64,000 bases of DNA from positions 32,001-96,000 of the forward strand of contig CAVZJB010000018.1 of the NCBI GenBank assembly GCA_963775425.1, read 5' to 3'. Both the position numbers and the translations under genes were made by a program. The notes beneath the pieces were generated by a model. The model saw only the letters and a program-made list of their open reading frames with translations. It was not told the origin of the DNA and searched no databases. This DNA is from an uncultured delta proteobacterium. GTDB lineage: Bacteria > Myxococcota > UBA727 > VGSZ01. Positions 8,301-17,119 of this stretch are shown here, piece after piece (positions within the stretch are counted from its first letter, which is position 1; every line of letters starts with the position of its first letter).

Positions 8301-10397
8301 GTGGCGATGTCGCGCGTGGCCACTGCCGAGGAGGATGATCCGGAGGCGTTCCCACGCGCCTTCGGCCAGTACCTGCTCCTCGAAAATTTCGCGCGCGGCG
8401 GCATGGGCGAGGTCTACCTCGCCAAGATCGGCGGCATCGCCGGGCTCGAGCGCACCTGCGTGTTGAAGAAGCTGCGCGCCGAGCTCACGCGCGACCGCGA
8501 GTACGTCACCCGCTTCATCGACGAGGCGCGCGTCGTCGTCACGCTCAACCACGCGAACATCTGCCACGTCTTCGACGTCGGCCGCGTCGGCGAGGAGTAC
8601 TACCTCGCCATGGAGTACGTCTCCGGCCGCGACGTGCGCACGCTGCAGGACCGCTGCCGCACGCGCGAGATCACGGTGCACCCCGCGTGCGCGCTGCACC
8701 TCGTGTGCGAGACGCTCGAGGCGCTCGACTACGCGCACCGCAGGAACCACCCGCTCACGGGCGAGCCGCTCAACCTCGTGCACCGGGACGTCTCGCCGCA
8801 AAACGTCCTCGTCAGCTACGAGGGCGAGGTCAAGCTCATCGACTTCGGCCTCGCCGCGTCCAAGCTCAAGGTCGAGCGCACGCAGCCGAACGTCGTCATG
8901 GGCAAGATGGCGTACATGGCGCCGGAGCAGGCGCGCGGCAATCCCATCGACTCCCGCGCCGACCTCTTCGCCTGCGGCGTCCTCGCCTACGAGCTGTTGA
9001 GCGGCGAGCGCTTCTACGAGGGCATGAGCGCCAACGACATCTGGCAGGTCGCCGGCAAGGGCGGCTTCATGCCGCGCCGCTGGGACACGCTCGACCGGGA
9101 GCTCGCCAAGCACATCGGGCGCGCGCTCCACCCCGACCCGCGCAAGCGCTTCGCCACCTGCGGCGACTTCCGCGAGGCGCTCGCGTCGCACCTGCACTGG
9201 CGCTTCCCGGGCACCGGCGTGCGCGGCCTGCGCGAGCTCATGGCCCAGGTCTTCGCCGACGAGCTGCGGCGCGAGCGCGAGATGCTCGCCCGCTTCGGCA
9301 AGGTCACCGTCGCCGGGTTTCGCACCGAGTTCGAGCAGACGCAGAGCCAGAGCGTGTCCCTGGCCCGCGCCGACGACGAGCCGAGCAGGCGCGCGCAGCT
9401 CGTGCGCAACGAGCAGTCGTCGTCGTCGCCGGTGGGGCCGATGCCGCCGCCGTCCAGCGCGCGCGACGTGCACCAGGATCCGACCCGCCTGATGGCCTCG
9501 GGGCCCGCGCGCCAGGCCGTCCGGCGCCACGAGGGGCCGGACCGCACCGAGGCCAAGCCCAAGGCCAAGGACACCACCGACGAGGAGAGCGCGCCGCGCG
9601 TGGTGAAGCCCGAGCCCGAGGCCACGATGCGCGTCAAGCGCGTTCGGCGCCGGGCCGTCGACGACGACACCTCCCTCGCGCTCGACGAGGACCTCGTCGG
9701 CGCGGGCCTCGCGCGCAGCCGCGCCAGCAGCCGCGTCGCCGTCCTCCTCGCGGGGGCCGCCGCCGTCGCTCTCGCCGTCGGCCTCACCTTCGCCCTCAGC
9801 CGCGACGACGACGAGACCTCGACCTCCGCCCCGCCCACCGCCTCCGCCCCGCCCACCGCCTCCGCCGCGCCCACCGCCGCGGGGGACCCACCGCCGGCGG
9901 CACCCGCGCGCACAAGCGACAGCCCCGCCGCCGACGCCGACGCCGACGCCGCCCCCGCCGCCGGTGCCGGTGACGGTGCTGCTGACGGTGCTGACGGTGA
10001 CGCCGCCGACGCCGCCGACGCCGCCCCCGCGGCCGGCGTCCACGACGCCACCGCCTCCGCGGCCGGCGCGCACGACGCCGCCGACGCGGAGCCCCCGGCG
10101 CAAGGCGACGACCGGGCGCTGCCCCTCGAGCCGGTCCCGCACCCCCCGAAGGCCCCGGCGCACAAGGGCCGGCGCCACGGCACGGGCGCGCCGAAGGACA
10201 CCCCGCCGGCCGACGAGGTGAAGCCGCCCAAGGCGACGCCGCCGAAGCCGCCGGTGAAGAGCCGCAGCGAGCGGGTGCGCGCCGCCCAGTCCTGCTCGAC
10301 CTGCGTGATCCGCCTCCAGGAGGACCCGCAGAGCCACCTCGCCGACTACGAGGAGTGCATGGCCACCGTGCCCTCCTGCAAGGCGCTGCTGGATTGA
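8301..10397 (+). CDS. Membrane-anchored Ser/Thr protein kinase
   Basis: GGMGEV, HRDVSPQN, DFG and YMAPEQ motifs; TM helix; Ala/Pro/Asp-rich tail ending in a Cys-containing segment. Confidence 0.92.
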   Translation: MAMSRVATAEEDDPEAFPRAFGQYLLLENFARGGMGEVYLAKIGGIAGLERTCVLKKLRAELTRDREYVTRFIDEARVVVTLNHANICHVFDVGRVGEEYYLAMEYVSGRDVRTLQDRCRTREITVHPACALHLVCETLEALDYAHRRNHPLTGEPLNLVHRDVSPQNVLVSYEGEVKLIDFGLAASKLKVERTQPNVVMGKMAYMAPEQARGNPIDSRADLFACGVLAYELLSGERFYEGMSANDIWQVAGKGGFMPRRWDTLDRELAKHIGRALHPDPRKRFATCGDFREALASHLHWRFPGTGVRGLRELMAQVFADELRREREMLARFGKVTVAGFRTEFEQTQSQSVSLARADDEPSRRAQLVRNEQSSSSPVGPMPPPSSARDVHQDPTRLMASGPARQAVRRHEGPDRTEAKPKAKDTTDEESAPRVVKPEPEATMRVKRVRRRAVDDDTSLALDEDLVGAGLARSRASSRVAVLLAGAAAVALAVGLTFALSRDDDETSTSAPPTASAPPTASAAPTAAGDPPPAAPARTSDSPAADADADAAPAAGAGDGAADGADGDAADAADAAPAAGVHDATASAAGAHDAADAEPPAQGDDRALPLEPVPHPPKAPAHKGRRHGTGAPKDTPPADEVKPPKATPPKPPVKSRSERVRAAQSCSTCVIRLQEDPQSHLADYEECMATVPSCKALLD

Positions 10398-10437
10398 GCG
10401 GCGGCGCCCGGCGCGGCGAGGCCGCGCCTGCCGGGCA

Positions 10438-11139
10438 CTACAGGGCGTCGACGAGAAGCGCCACGCAGCCGAGCACGACGAGGCCGCCGCCCACGCCGAT
10501 GCCGATGGCCGACGCGTCGCCGGCGCTCAGCGGGTCGTGCGCGCCGCTCAACGCCGCGTAGGCGGCGGTGGTGGCGACGATGGCGGCGCCGCCGCCGCCG
10601 AGGAGGCCGGCGCCGACCCAGGTGAGCGTGCCGGCCGGTCGCGCCTTGGGCGCCTCGGGCGCCGGCGCGGGCGCGGGCTTGCGCGGCGGCGGTCCGGGGA
10701 CGGCGACGAGGCGCGTGGCGAGCGCGCGCACCTGCTCCACCGATGTGCCGGCGATGCCGTGCTGGACGACGCTGTCCTCGAACAGCGGCGCGGCGGTCTT
10801 CACGTCGAACAGCTGCACGGCCAGGATGTGATCGCGGATGCCGAGGGGGGCCACGCCGACGACCAGCAGGTGCGTCGCGCCGTGGCTCTCGGCGCGCTTG
10901 CGCAGGCAGGCGGCGTCGCCGGCGTTGCACAGCGCGAGCTCGTCGCCGCCGGAGGTGGCGGGCAGGAGGTCCCACGCGTCGCGGGCGGCGCGCACGAGCG
11001 CGGCGGCGAGATCGCGCTGCACGCCGTCGTTGTCGGAGATGGCGAGCGACACCGCCACCTGCGCGTGCGCCGCCGGCGCGGCGAGCACGGCGACGGCCAG
11101 CGCGGCGACGCCGCGGGCCAGGCGCCGCCCGTCGCTCAC
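10438..11139 (-). CDS. Hypothetical exported/membrane protein
   Basis: Signal peptide, C..GDAAC motif, two C-terminal Gly-rich hydrophobic helices; translationally coupled (GTGA) to the VOC gene. Confidence 0.65.
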   Translation of the reverse strand: MSDGRRLARGVAALAVAVLAAPAAHAQVAVSLAISDNDGVQRDLAAALVRAARDAWDLLPATSGGDELALCNAGDAACLRKRAESHGATHLLVVGVAPLGIRDHILAVQLFDVKTAAPLFEDSVVQHGIAGTSVEQVRALATRLVAVPGPPPRKPAPAPAPEAPKARPAGTLTWVGAGLLGGGGAAIVATTAAYAALSGAHDPLSAGDASAIGIGVGGGLVVLGCVALLVDAL

Positions 11140-12224
11140 GCAGGCATCTTCGCGGTGAACAGCGCGAAGGCCGCGCCGGTGGGGTCCTCGAGCACCGCGA
11201 AGCGCCCCACGTTCGGGATGTCCATCGGCGAGGTGCGCGCCTGCGCGCCGAGGTGGCGCGCGCGCTCGAACGACTTGTCGACGTTGGCGACCGCGAAGTA
11301 CGACACCCACCCGGGCGGCACGCCGTCAGGGGCCTTCACGCAGCCGCCGCGCTGCTCTTCGCCCTCGGTGAAGGTGGTGTACGTGCCCATCGCGCCCATG
11401 TCCTGCTTCTGCATGCCCCAGCCGAAGACGTCGGCGAAGAAGCGCGCGGAGCCCTCGGGGTCGTCGCTCCACACCTCGTTCCACGCCACCTGGCCGGCCT
11501 GCGGCATCGCCCCGTTGCGCGCGCCCATGGCGCCCGCGGACAGCTCGATGGGGGAGATGTGCGCGCCGCGCGGGTCGGCGATGACGGCGAAGCGGCCGAT
11601 GTTGTCGAGCGGCGTCGGCGGCACGGGGGCGAAGCCGCCGAGCTCCTTGGCGCGACGGACGACCGCATCGAGGTCACCGACCTGCACGTAGGGCATCCAG
11701 TGCGACGGGATGCCCTCGGACGACGGCAGCGACACCAGCCCGCCGACCTCGGCGCCGCCGGCCTCGATGCGCTGGGTGACGCCGAGGGGCGCGAGCTCCA
11801 CCGGGTGCGTCTTCCAGGGGAGGAGCGCCGCGTAGAACGATCGGGCCTTGTCCACGTCGGTGGTCATGAGGTCGTGCCAGACGACCAGGCCGGCCCTCTT
11901 GGCCGGCTTGGGCGGCGTGGACGCGGCCTTGGGCGCGGCGGGCCTCGGCGGCGTCGACGGCGCGGCGGCCTTCGGCGGCGTCGACGGCGCGGCGGCCTTC
12001 ACAGGGGTCTTGGCGGGAGGGGCCTTGGCGGGAGCGGCCTTCGCCGGCTTCTTGGCCGGCGCCGCCTTCTTGGCCGGCTTCGCCGCCACGGCCTTCTTCT
12101 TCGCCTTCGCCGGCGCGGGCTTCTTGCTCGCCTTCTTGGCGGCCTTCTTCGCAGGCTTCTTCGACGACGACGACGCCTTCTTCGCAGGCTTGCTCTTCGG
12201 CGCCTTCTTCTTCTTCGCTGCCAT
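11136..12224 (-). CDS. VOC/glyoxalase-family protein (two domains) with histone-H1-like Lys/Ala/Pro-rich N-terminus
   Basis: WHDLMTTD..FYAALL.W, WMPYVQV and GRFAVIADPRGA, with a second copy of the module; about 100 aa of AKKP repeats. Confidence 0.88.
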   Translation of the reverse strand: MAAKKKKAPKSKPAKKASSSSKKPAKKAAKKASKKPAPAKAKKKAVAAKPAKKAAPAKKPAKAAPAKAPPAKTPVKAAAPSTPPKAAAPSTPPRPAAPKAASTPPKPAKRAGLVVWHDLMTTDVDKARSFYAALLPWKTHPVELAPLGVTQRIEAGGAEVGGLVSLPSSEGIPSHWMPYVQVGDLDAVVRRAKELGGFAPVPPTPLDNIGRFAVIADPRGAHISPIELSAGAMGARNGAMPQAGQVAWNEVWSDDPEGSARFFADVFGWGMQKQDMGAMGTYTTFTEGEEQRGGCVKAPDGVPPGWVSYFAVANVDKSFERARHLGAQARTSPMDIPNVGRFAVLEDPTGAAFALFTAKMPA

Positions 12225-12299
12225 ATGCTTGGACCCCTTCGCTGCGAGGCGGAACGACGGATAAAAGCGCGATCCGCGCGCAACAATCAAGCGCTGTCT

Positions 12300-13679
12300 T
12301 CAACCCGTCCAGGGCAGAGAGTCACCCAGCTTGAGCTTCAAGCGATCATGGATCCAATGTGCGTCCCACCACTCGGCGGGATGAACCGGCAGCCCGTCGA
12401 CGAGCACCGTGAAGTGGAGGTGATCGCCGCCGGCGAGGCCTGTCGCCCCGGTCCGGCCGATCTCCTGCCCCGCCTTCACCGCCTCGCCGGGCTTGACCTC
12501 GATCTGGGACAGGTGCGCGTACAGCGTCATCAGGCCGTAGCCGTGGTCGATGACGACGCAGTTGCCGAAGATGCCGAAGTAGCGCGCCTGGGCCACCACC
12601 CCTGAGTTGGACGCGGGCACCGGCGTGTGCTCCACGCTCGCGAGATCGAAGCCGAGGTGGTCCTCGGTGTCGACGTCCTTGCCCTCGTACACGTACGTGC
12701 GGCGGTCGGCGAAGCTGCCCTTGACCGCGCCGTTGGGGAACGGCTGGAACGTCGTCGACCACAGGAACTTCTCCTGGCTCTTCTTCGACAGCTCGAGGAG
12801 CTCCTGCATGTTCTTTTTCCGGAGCCCGTTGTTGAGCGTGAGGTAGTCGTCGATGAGGACGTCCTTCTTCTGCAATTCCGGCGTGCGCGCGAAGATCTCG
12901 CCCGTGACCTTCTTCAAGAACGGGTCGTGGAGCTGGATGGTGTCCTTGCCCATCGAGCGCATCGTGTAGTTCTGGATGAAGGGCTGCTCGGCGCGGTTGC
13001 CGATGTCGTCCTCCGCGATCAACAGCACCTTCTCCTTGATCTGCGCCTCGTCGACGCCGTCCCACTCGTAGGGGATGGCGAACAGCGCGAAGTGCTGCGT
13101 GGGCCCGGTGCCGCCGGGGAGCACGTGGCCGGGGAAGAACCAGTCGCCCGCCTGCACGCCGTCCTTCACCGCCGTCTGGCTCACCTCGTAGACCACCACC
13201 TCGGCGCCGCCCTGCGTCGGGTGGATGAACTGCGACGTGGCCGCCAGCGACGGCGGCGTGAAGCGCACGTCGTAGGGCTTCTCGACGACGACGGGCGCGG
13301 GCTTTCGGAGCTTGGTGCCCTTCGCCTGCACGGTGACCGTGACGAGCGCCTTGCCCGGCTTGAGGTCCTTCATCGCCTCCTTGCCCACGACGAAGGTGGC
13401 GCCGTTGGGCCCGCTCGCGTCGCCGGCGAGCTCGACGGGGACGCCGTTTACGGCGGCGGTGACGCTCTCGATGCCCTTCACCGGCTCGGTGGCCTTGACG
13501 GTGAACGTGGTCTTCTTGCCGATGGCGGGCAGATCGCTCGTGACGTCGACGGACGCGGGCGGCGGCAGGTGGATCTGGCGGTAGAGCATGAAGCCACCCA
13601 CCGCGATGCCCACCACCACCACGAGGGTGAAGAGCTTCTTGAACGGGCCGGACGAGCGCTTCTGACTGATGAGGGCCAT
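12300..13679 (-). CDS. M23-family metallopeptidase with N-terminal membrane anchor
   Basis: HLGFD (HxxxD), YAHLS and GDHLHF (HxH) motifs. Confidence 0.92.
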   Translation of the reverse strand: MALISQKRSSGPFKKLFTLVVVVGIAVGGFMLYRQIHLPPPASVDVTSDLPAIGKKTTFTVKATEPVKGIESVTAAVNGVPVELAGDASGPNGATFVVGKEAMKDLKPGKALVTVTVQAKGTKLRKPAPVVVEKPYDVRFTPPSLAATSQFIHPTQGGAEVVVYEVSQTAVKDGVQAGDWFFPGHVLPGGTGPTQHFALFAIPYEWDGVDEAQIKEKVLLIAEDDIGNRAEQPFIQNYTMRSMGKDTIQLHDPFLKKVTGEIFARTPELQKKDVLIDDYLTLNNGLRKKNMQELLELSKKSQEKFLWSTTFQPFPNGAVKGSFADRRTYVYEGKDVDTEDHLGFDLASVEHTPVPASNSGVVAQARYFGIFGNCVVIDHGYGLMTLYAHLSQIEVKPGEAVKAGQEIGRTGATGLAGGDHLHFTVLVDGLPVHPAEWWDAHWIHDRLKLKLGDSLPWTG

Positions 13680-13687
13680 GTTCTCTC

Positions 13688-14941
13688 TCAGGGTTGGACG
13701 GCGATGGGGGTGGGGATGTTGGCGGCGCCGGCGCCGAGGTCGACGCTGTCCACGTCGCTGCCGTCGGTGCGGAAGAGGTGCACGTTTCCTGTCTGGTTGG
13801 TGGCGGCGGCGAGGACGAGGCCGGCCTCGGCGCCGCGCGCGATCATGTCCATCTGCTCGGCGAGGCCGACGCCGGAGACGCTCTGCCCCTCGACGAGGGT
13901 GCCTGCGCTCACGTCGAAGATCGCCACGCGGTTCTCCTCGTACTGGCTCACCAGCAGGGTGTTGCCGTCGGGCGAGAACATCGCCTCGCTGGCCGCGTTG
14001 TAGCCGTGGACGCGGTCGAGCTCGGCCACGGTCTCGGCGGCGCCGTCGACGGCGAGGAGCACGATGTCGCCGCTCTCGCTCGACGCCAGTGAGTTGTCGG
14101 GCACGGCCGCGAGCGTGCCGTCGGGGCTGGCGCCGATGCGGGTGGCGCCGACGAAGTCCGAAAAGACGTCGAAGGCGTTTTGCTCGTGGACCACGCCGCC
14201 GTCGAGGCCGAGCAGGCGGATGTCGTTTTCGTCGACGGGGTCGAACACCGCCTGGCCGCCGAGGAGCAGCGCGCGGCTGCCCGGGAGGAGCGCGAGGCTG
14301 TCGGCGAGGCGGACGCCGTAGAAGGCGCCGGTGTCCTCGCTCAGGGAGCCGTCGCAGCCGATGTCGACGACGTGGACGCCGTCGTCGGTGGTGACGTTCA
14401 AGCCGGCGACGTAGGCGCGGCGGCCGGTCGCGTCGATGCGCAGGTCGCCGTAGTCGGCGGCGTGCAGGTCGATCTCGTCGACGACGCTGACGTCCCCGGC
14501 GTTCTTCACCTGCACGCTCGCGAGGTGCCCGTCGGCGCCGAGGACGAGCGCGAGCGCGCCCGAGGGCACGAAGGCGATGCGCGCGGGGGCCTGGTGGACG
14601 TCGAGGCGGACGCCGTCGTCGCTGAGGGTCTCGCCGTCGAGGGTGAGCGAGCGGATCTCGGTGCCCGGCGTGCTCGGGTCCTCGGTGAAGGTGTGGCCGA
14701 CGAGGACCACCCGCGCCTTGTCGGGGTCGCCGGCGTCGGCGAGGTCGCAGCCCTCGCCCTCGCCCTCGCCCTCGCCCTCGCCCTCGCCCTCGCCCTCACC
14801 CTCGCCCTCGCCCTCGCCCTCGCCTTCGCCCCCGGCCGCGGGCGGGGGGCAGCCCGCGCCCAGGAGCCCGAGCAGCCCGAAGAGCGCCAGGGCGCCCAGG
14901 GCGGGGACGGCTTCGTGGAAGGCGGGGCGCGGGCTCGGCAT
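13688..14941 (-). CDS. Lipoprotein with (Gly-Glu)n linker and beta-propeller domain
   Basis: LGAGC lipobox, about 13 GE repeats, SPDG/FVPSG blade motifs. Confidence 0.75.
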   Translation of the reverse strand: MPSPRPAFHEAVPALGALALFGLLGLLGAGCPPPAAGGEGEGEGEGEGEGEGEGEGEGEGEGEGCDLADAGDPDKARVVLVGHTFTEDPSTPGTEIRSLTLDGETLSDDGVRLDVHQAPARIAFVPSGALALVLGADGHLASVQVKNAGDVSVVDEIDLHAADYGDLRIDATGRRAYVAGLNVTTDDGVHVVDIGCDGSLSEDTGAFYGVRLADSLALLPGSRALLLGGQAVFDPVDENDIRLLGLDGGVVHEQNAFDVFSDFVGATRIGASPDGTLAAVPDNSLASSESGDIVLLAVDGAAETVAELDRVHGYNAASEAMFSPDGNTLLVSQYEENRVAIFDVSAGTLVEGQSVSGVGLAEQMDMIARGAEAGLVLAAATNQTGNVHLFRTDGSDVDSVDLGAGAANIPTPIAVQP

Positions 14942-14986
14942 CGTGGGCCGCATTCGCACGCGATGCCGCCCGTCGCAAATCCGGGC

Positions 14987-15016
14987 TTGACGCGGCGCCG
15001 CGGCCGGCCCTATGCT
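14987..15016 (+). promoter_or_regulatory. Sigma70-type promoter
   Basis: TTGACG (14987-14992), 18 bp spacer, TATGCT (15011-15016) upstream of 15067. Confidence 0.6.
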
Positions 15017-15022
15017 GGAGTT

Positions 15023-15041
15023 GAGAAGCATTCTCATTATC
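15023..15041. promoter_or_regulatory. Fur-family operator (Fur box)
   Basis: Minus strand GATAATGAGAATGCTTCTC matches GATAATGATAATCATTATC at 15/19; AT-rich island in very GC-rich DNA. Confidence 0.7.
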
Positions 15042-15066
15042 AGAACAATGCGGAATCGAGGCGGCG

Positions 15067-15861
15067 ATGCGGGCAACGGTGGCGGCGGCGGTGATCGCGG
15101 TGTTGGCGGGGGCGGGGGCGACGCGGGCGAGCGAGCGGCACTTCACCTATGTGCAGGAGAGCAACGTGCTGAGCCCCGGCTTGCTCGAGCTCGAGCCCTG
15201 GGTGACCGTTCGTCTCGGCCGCGAGGGCTTCTACTCGGAGTTCGATCACCGCATCGAGCTCGAGGCCGGCATCGTCGACAACGTGCAGGCCTCGCTCTAC
15301 CTGAACGTCGCCGGGGTCGCCGAGGACATCGGCGTGAAGCGCGCGCTGAGCACGGTGTGGCAGGGCATCTCCGGCGAGGTGAAGTGGAAGCTGATGGACG
15401 CCACCGCCGACGCGTTCGGGCTCGCGCTGTACTTCGAGCCGTCGATCGGGCCGGCGTCGGCGGAGCTCGAGGGCAAGGTCATCGTCGACAAGCGCTTCGG
15501 CGACTTCCTCGCGGCGGCCAACCTCGTGCTCGCCCACGAGTGGGAGTGGGACCACGCCGACGCGCTCGAAAACGAGAGCGAGATCGAGGCCGTCGGCGGC
15601 CTCACCTACTTCATCGTCCCCGAGGTCTCGGCGGGGCTCGAGCTGCGCGACCTCAACGAGATCGAGTGGAAGAGCGACGGGCCCGAGGTGCTGTCGACAA
15701 TCTTCGCCGGCCCGGTGGTGACGTGGATGGGCCCGCGCTTGTGGATCTCAGCCACGCTGTTGCCGCAGATCGCCGCGCCGCTCGGGGCGACGTCGGGCGC
15801 GCAGAACCTCGAGGACCACGAGCGCTTCGAGGGCCGCCTCGTGTTCGGGCTGCACCTGTGA
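15067..15861 (+). CDS. Putative outer-membrane beta-barrel protein (DUF6662-like)
   Basis: Signal peptide; FTYVQESNVL.PG..ELEPWVT.R.GR motif; alternating beta-strand pattern. Confidence 0.7.
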   Translation: MRATVAAAVIAVLAGAGATRASERHFTYVQESNVLSPGLLELEPWVTVRLGREGFYSEFDHRIELEAGIVDNVQASLYLNVAGVAEDIGVKRALSTVWQGISGEVKWKLMDATADAFGLALYFEPSIGPASAELEGKVIVDKRFGDFLAAANLVLAHEWEWDHADALENESEIEAVGGLTYFIVPEVSAGLELRDLNEIEWKSDGPEVLSTIFAGPVVTWMGPRLWISATLLPQIAAPLGATSGAQNLEDHERFEGRLVFGLHL

Positions 15862-16169
15862 GGACCGCGCTCGCCGCCGTGCTCCTCGCCGCCGCCGCCG
15901 GTTGCGCCGGCGCCCTCGTCGTCCCCGACGACGCCGACGTCGGCGCCCTGCGCGCGCGCTTCCCCGGCACCACGCTCGCCGACCTCCAACGCGGCCGCAC
16001 GCTTTACGTCTCCCGCTGCGCCGCGTGCCACCACCTGCACCTCCCGGCCGAGCGCGCGCCCGACGCGTGGCCGCGCATCGTCGAAAAGATGGCGCCCGAC
16101 GCGAACCTCTCCGGCACCGACCTCGACGTCGTCGAGCGCTACCTCATGGCCGCTTCCGCGCGCCGCTGA
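15858..16169 (+). CDS. Small monoheme cytochrome c lipoprotein
   Basis: AAGC lipobox, CAACH heme motif, W..IVEKM distal Met; GTGA coupling to the upstream gene. Confidence 0.8.
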   Translation: MRTALAAVLLAAAAGCAGALVVPDDADVGALRARFPGTTLADLQRGRTLYVSRCAACHHLHLPAERAPDAWPRIVEKMAPDANLSGTDLDVVERYLMAASARR

Positions 16170-16189
16170 CCCCTGCGAGCGCGGGTTGC

Positions 16190-16963
16190 TCAAGGCGGCG
16201 CCCCGCCCGGCGCGATCACGGGGACGCTCCGGCCGCGCCACCAGGTCCGCGCCGCCACCGCGCCGAGCGCGACGAGGCCCGCGGCGCACGCGACGACGAC
16301 GACGTCACCGGCGGAGGTGGTGGCGGCGGGCGCGCCCGAGACGCGGGCGCGCACGGCGCCCGCGATCAACAACACGGCGCCGAACGCGAAGCCGGCGATG
16401 CTGCTCCAGCGCACGCCGCGCTCGCGCTCCTTCTGGCCGTAGGGGTCGTGCGTCTTGCGGTTGAGCACGCCGGCGAGGCTCGCGAAGGCCTGCGCCATCA
16501 ACGCCACGGCGACGGTGGCGCCGGCGACGCCGAGGTCCGCGCCGACGAAGGCCACCGCCTCGAGGTGCGGCGGCGGCGCGAGCAGCGCGGCCACCCGCGT
16601 GTCGGCGCAGGCGCGCTCGACGAGGACGACGCCGCACGGCCACGCGAGGTGCCCGGCGCGCGGCAGCCACGTGAGGACGAAGCGGTCGACGAGGAGCGCG
16701 GGCACGAGCGCGGCCGCGGCGACGAGGCCGAGCGTGGCGGCGTCGGAGCCCGACGCGCCCCAGAAGGCGACCGCGCGCCCGGCGGCGCCCGCGACGACGG
16801 TGACGGCGAGGCCCAGCGGCAGCGGCAACGAGCGCATCGCCACCAGCGCAGGGACCGCCCAGAGCACGGCCGACCACGACAGGGGCCACGAGCCGCCGGC
16901 GGTGGCGGCGAGGACGAAGCCGCTCGTCGTCAGGGCCAGGGCCAGGCGCACCGTGGAGGTCAC
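16190..16963 (-). CDS. Hypothetical polytopic membrane protein
   Basis: Multiple hydrophobic helices; weak resemblance to the membrane part of Lnt/nitrilase fusions, no catalytic domain. Confidence 0.55.
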   Translation of the reverse strand: MTSTVRLALALTTSGFVLAATAGGSWPLSWSAVLWAVPALVAMRSLPLPLGLAVTVVAGAAGRAVAFWGASGSDAATLGLVAAAALVPALLVDRFVLTWLPRAGHLAWPCGVVLVERACADTRVAALLAPPPHLEAVAFVGADLGVAGATVAVALMAQAFASLAGVLNRKTHDPYGQKERERGVRWSSIAGFAFGAVLLIAGAVRARVSGAPAATTSAGDVVVVACAAGLVALGAVAARTWWRGRSVPVIAPGGAPP

Positions 16964-17119
16964 GGCCGCAACCTGCGCACGCCGGCGCGGAAGCTCAACC
17001 CCCCTCGCTTTGGCGCCTCATCACGGCGGCCCCGTGCATCGCGCGCGAGCGACGGACGGCGATGGACGGCGGACGAGAAACCCCTTGCCTGCGGCGGCGG
17101 CGTGGCGTCAGCTCACGCG

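Noticed and set aside
9900-10221. Possible frameshift in the kinase tail (alternative Pro/Thr-rich frame 9964-10221)
   Set aside because: The main frame stays open to a plausible C-terminus; low-complexity DNA gives readable alternative frames
1201-10337. Very long alternative-frame ORFs (e.g. 1201-4215, 4920-7943, the 5' part of 6276-10337) and similar ones across the window
   Set aside because: Arg/Ala/Pro-rich shadow frames expected at this GC content; they overlap genes with clear motifs
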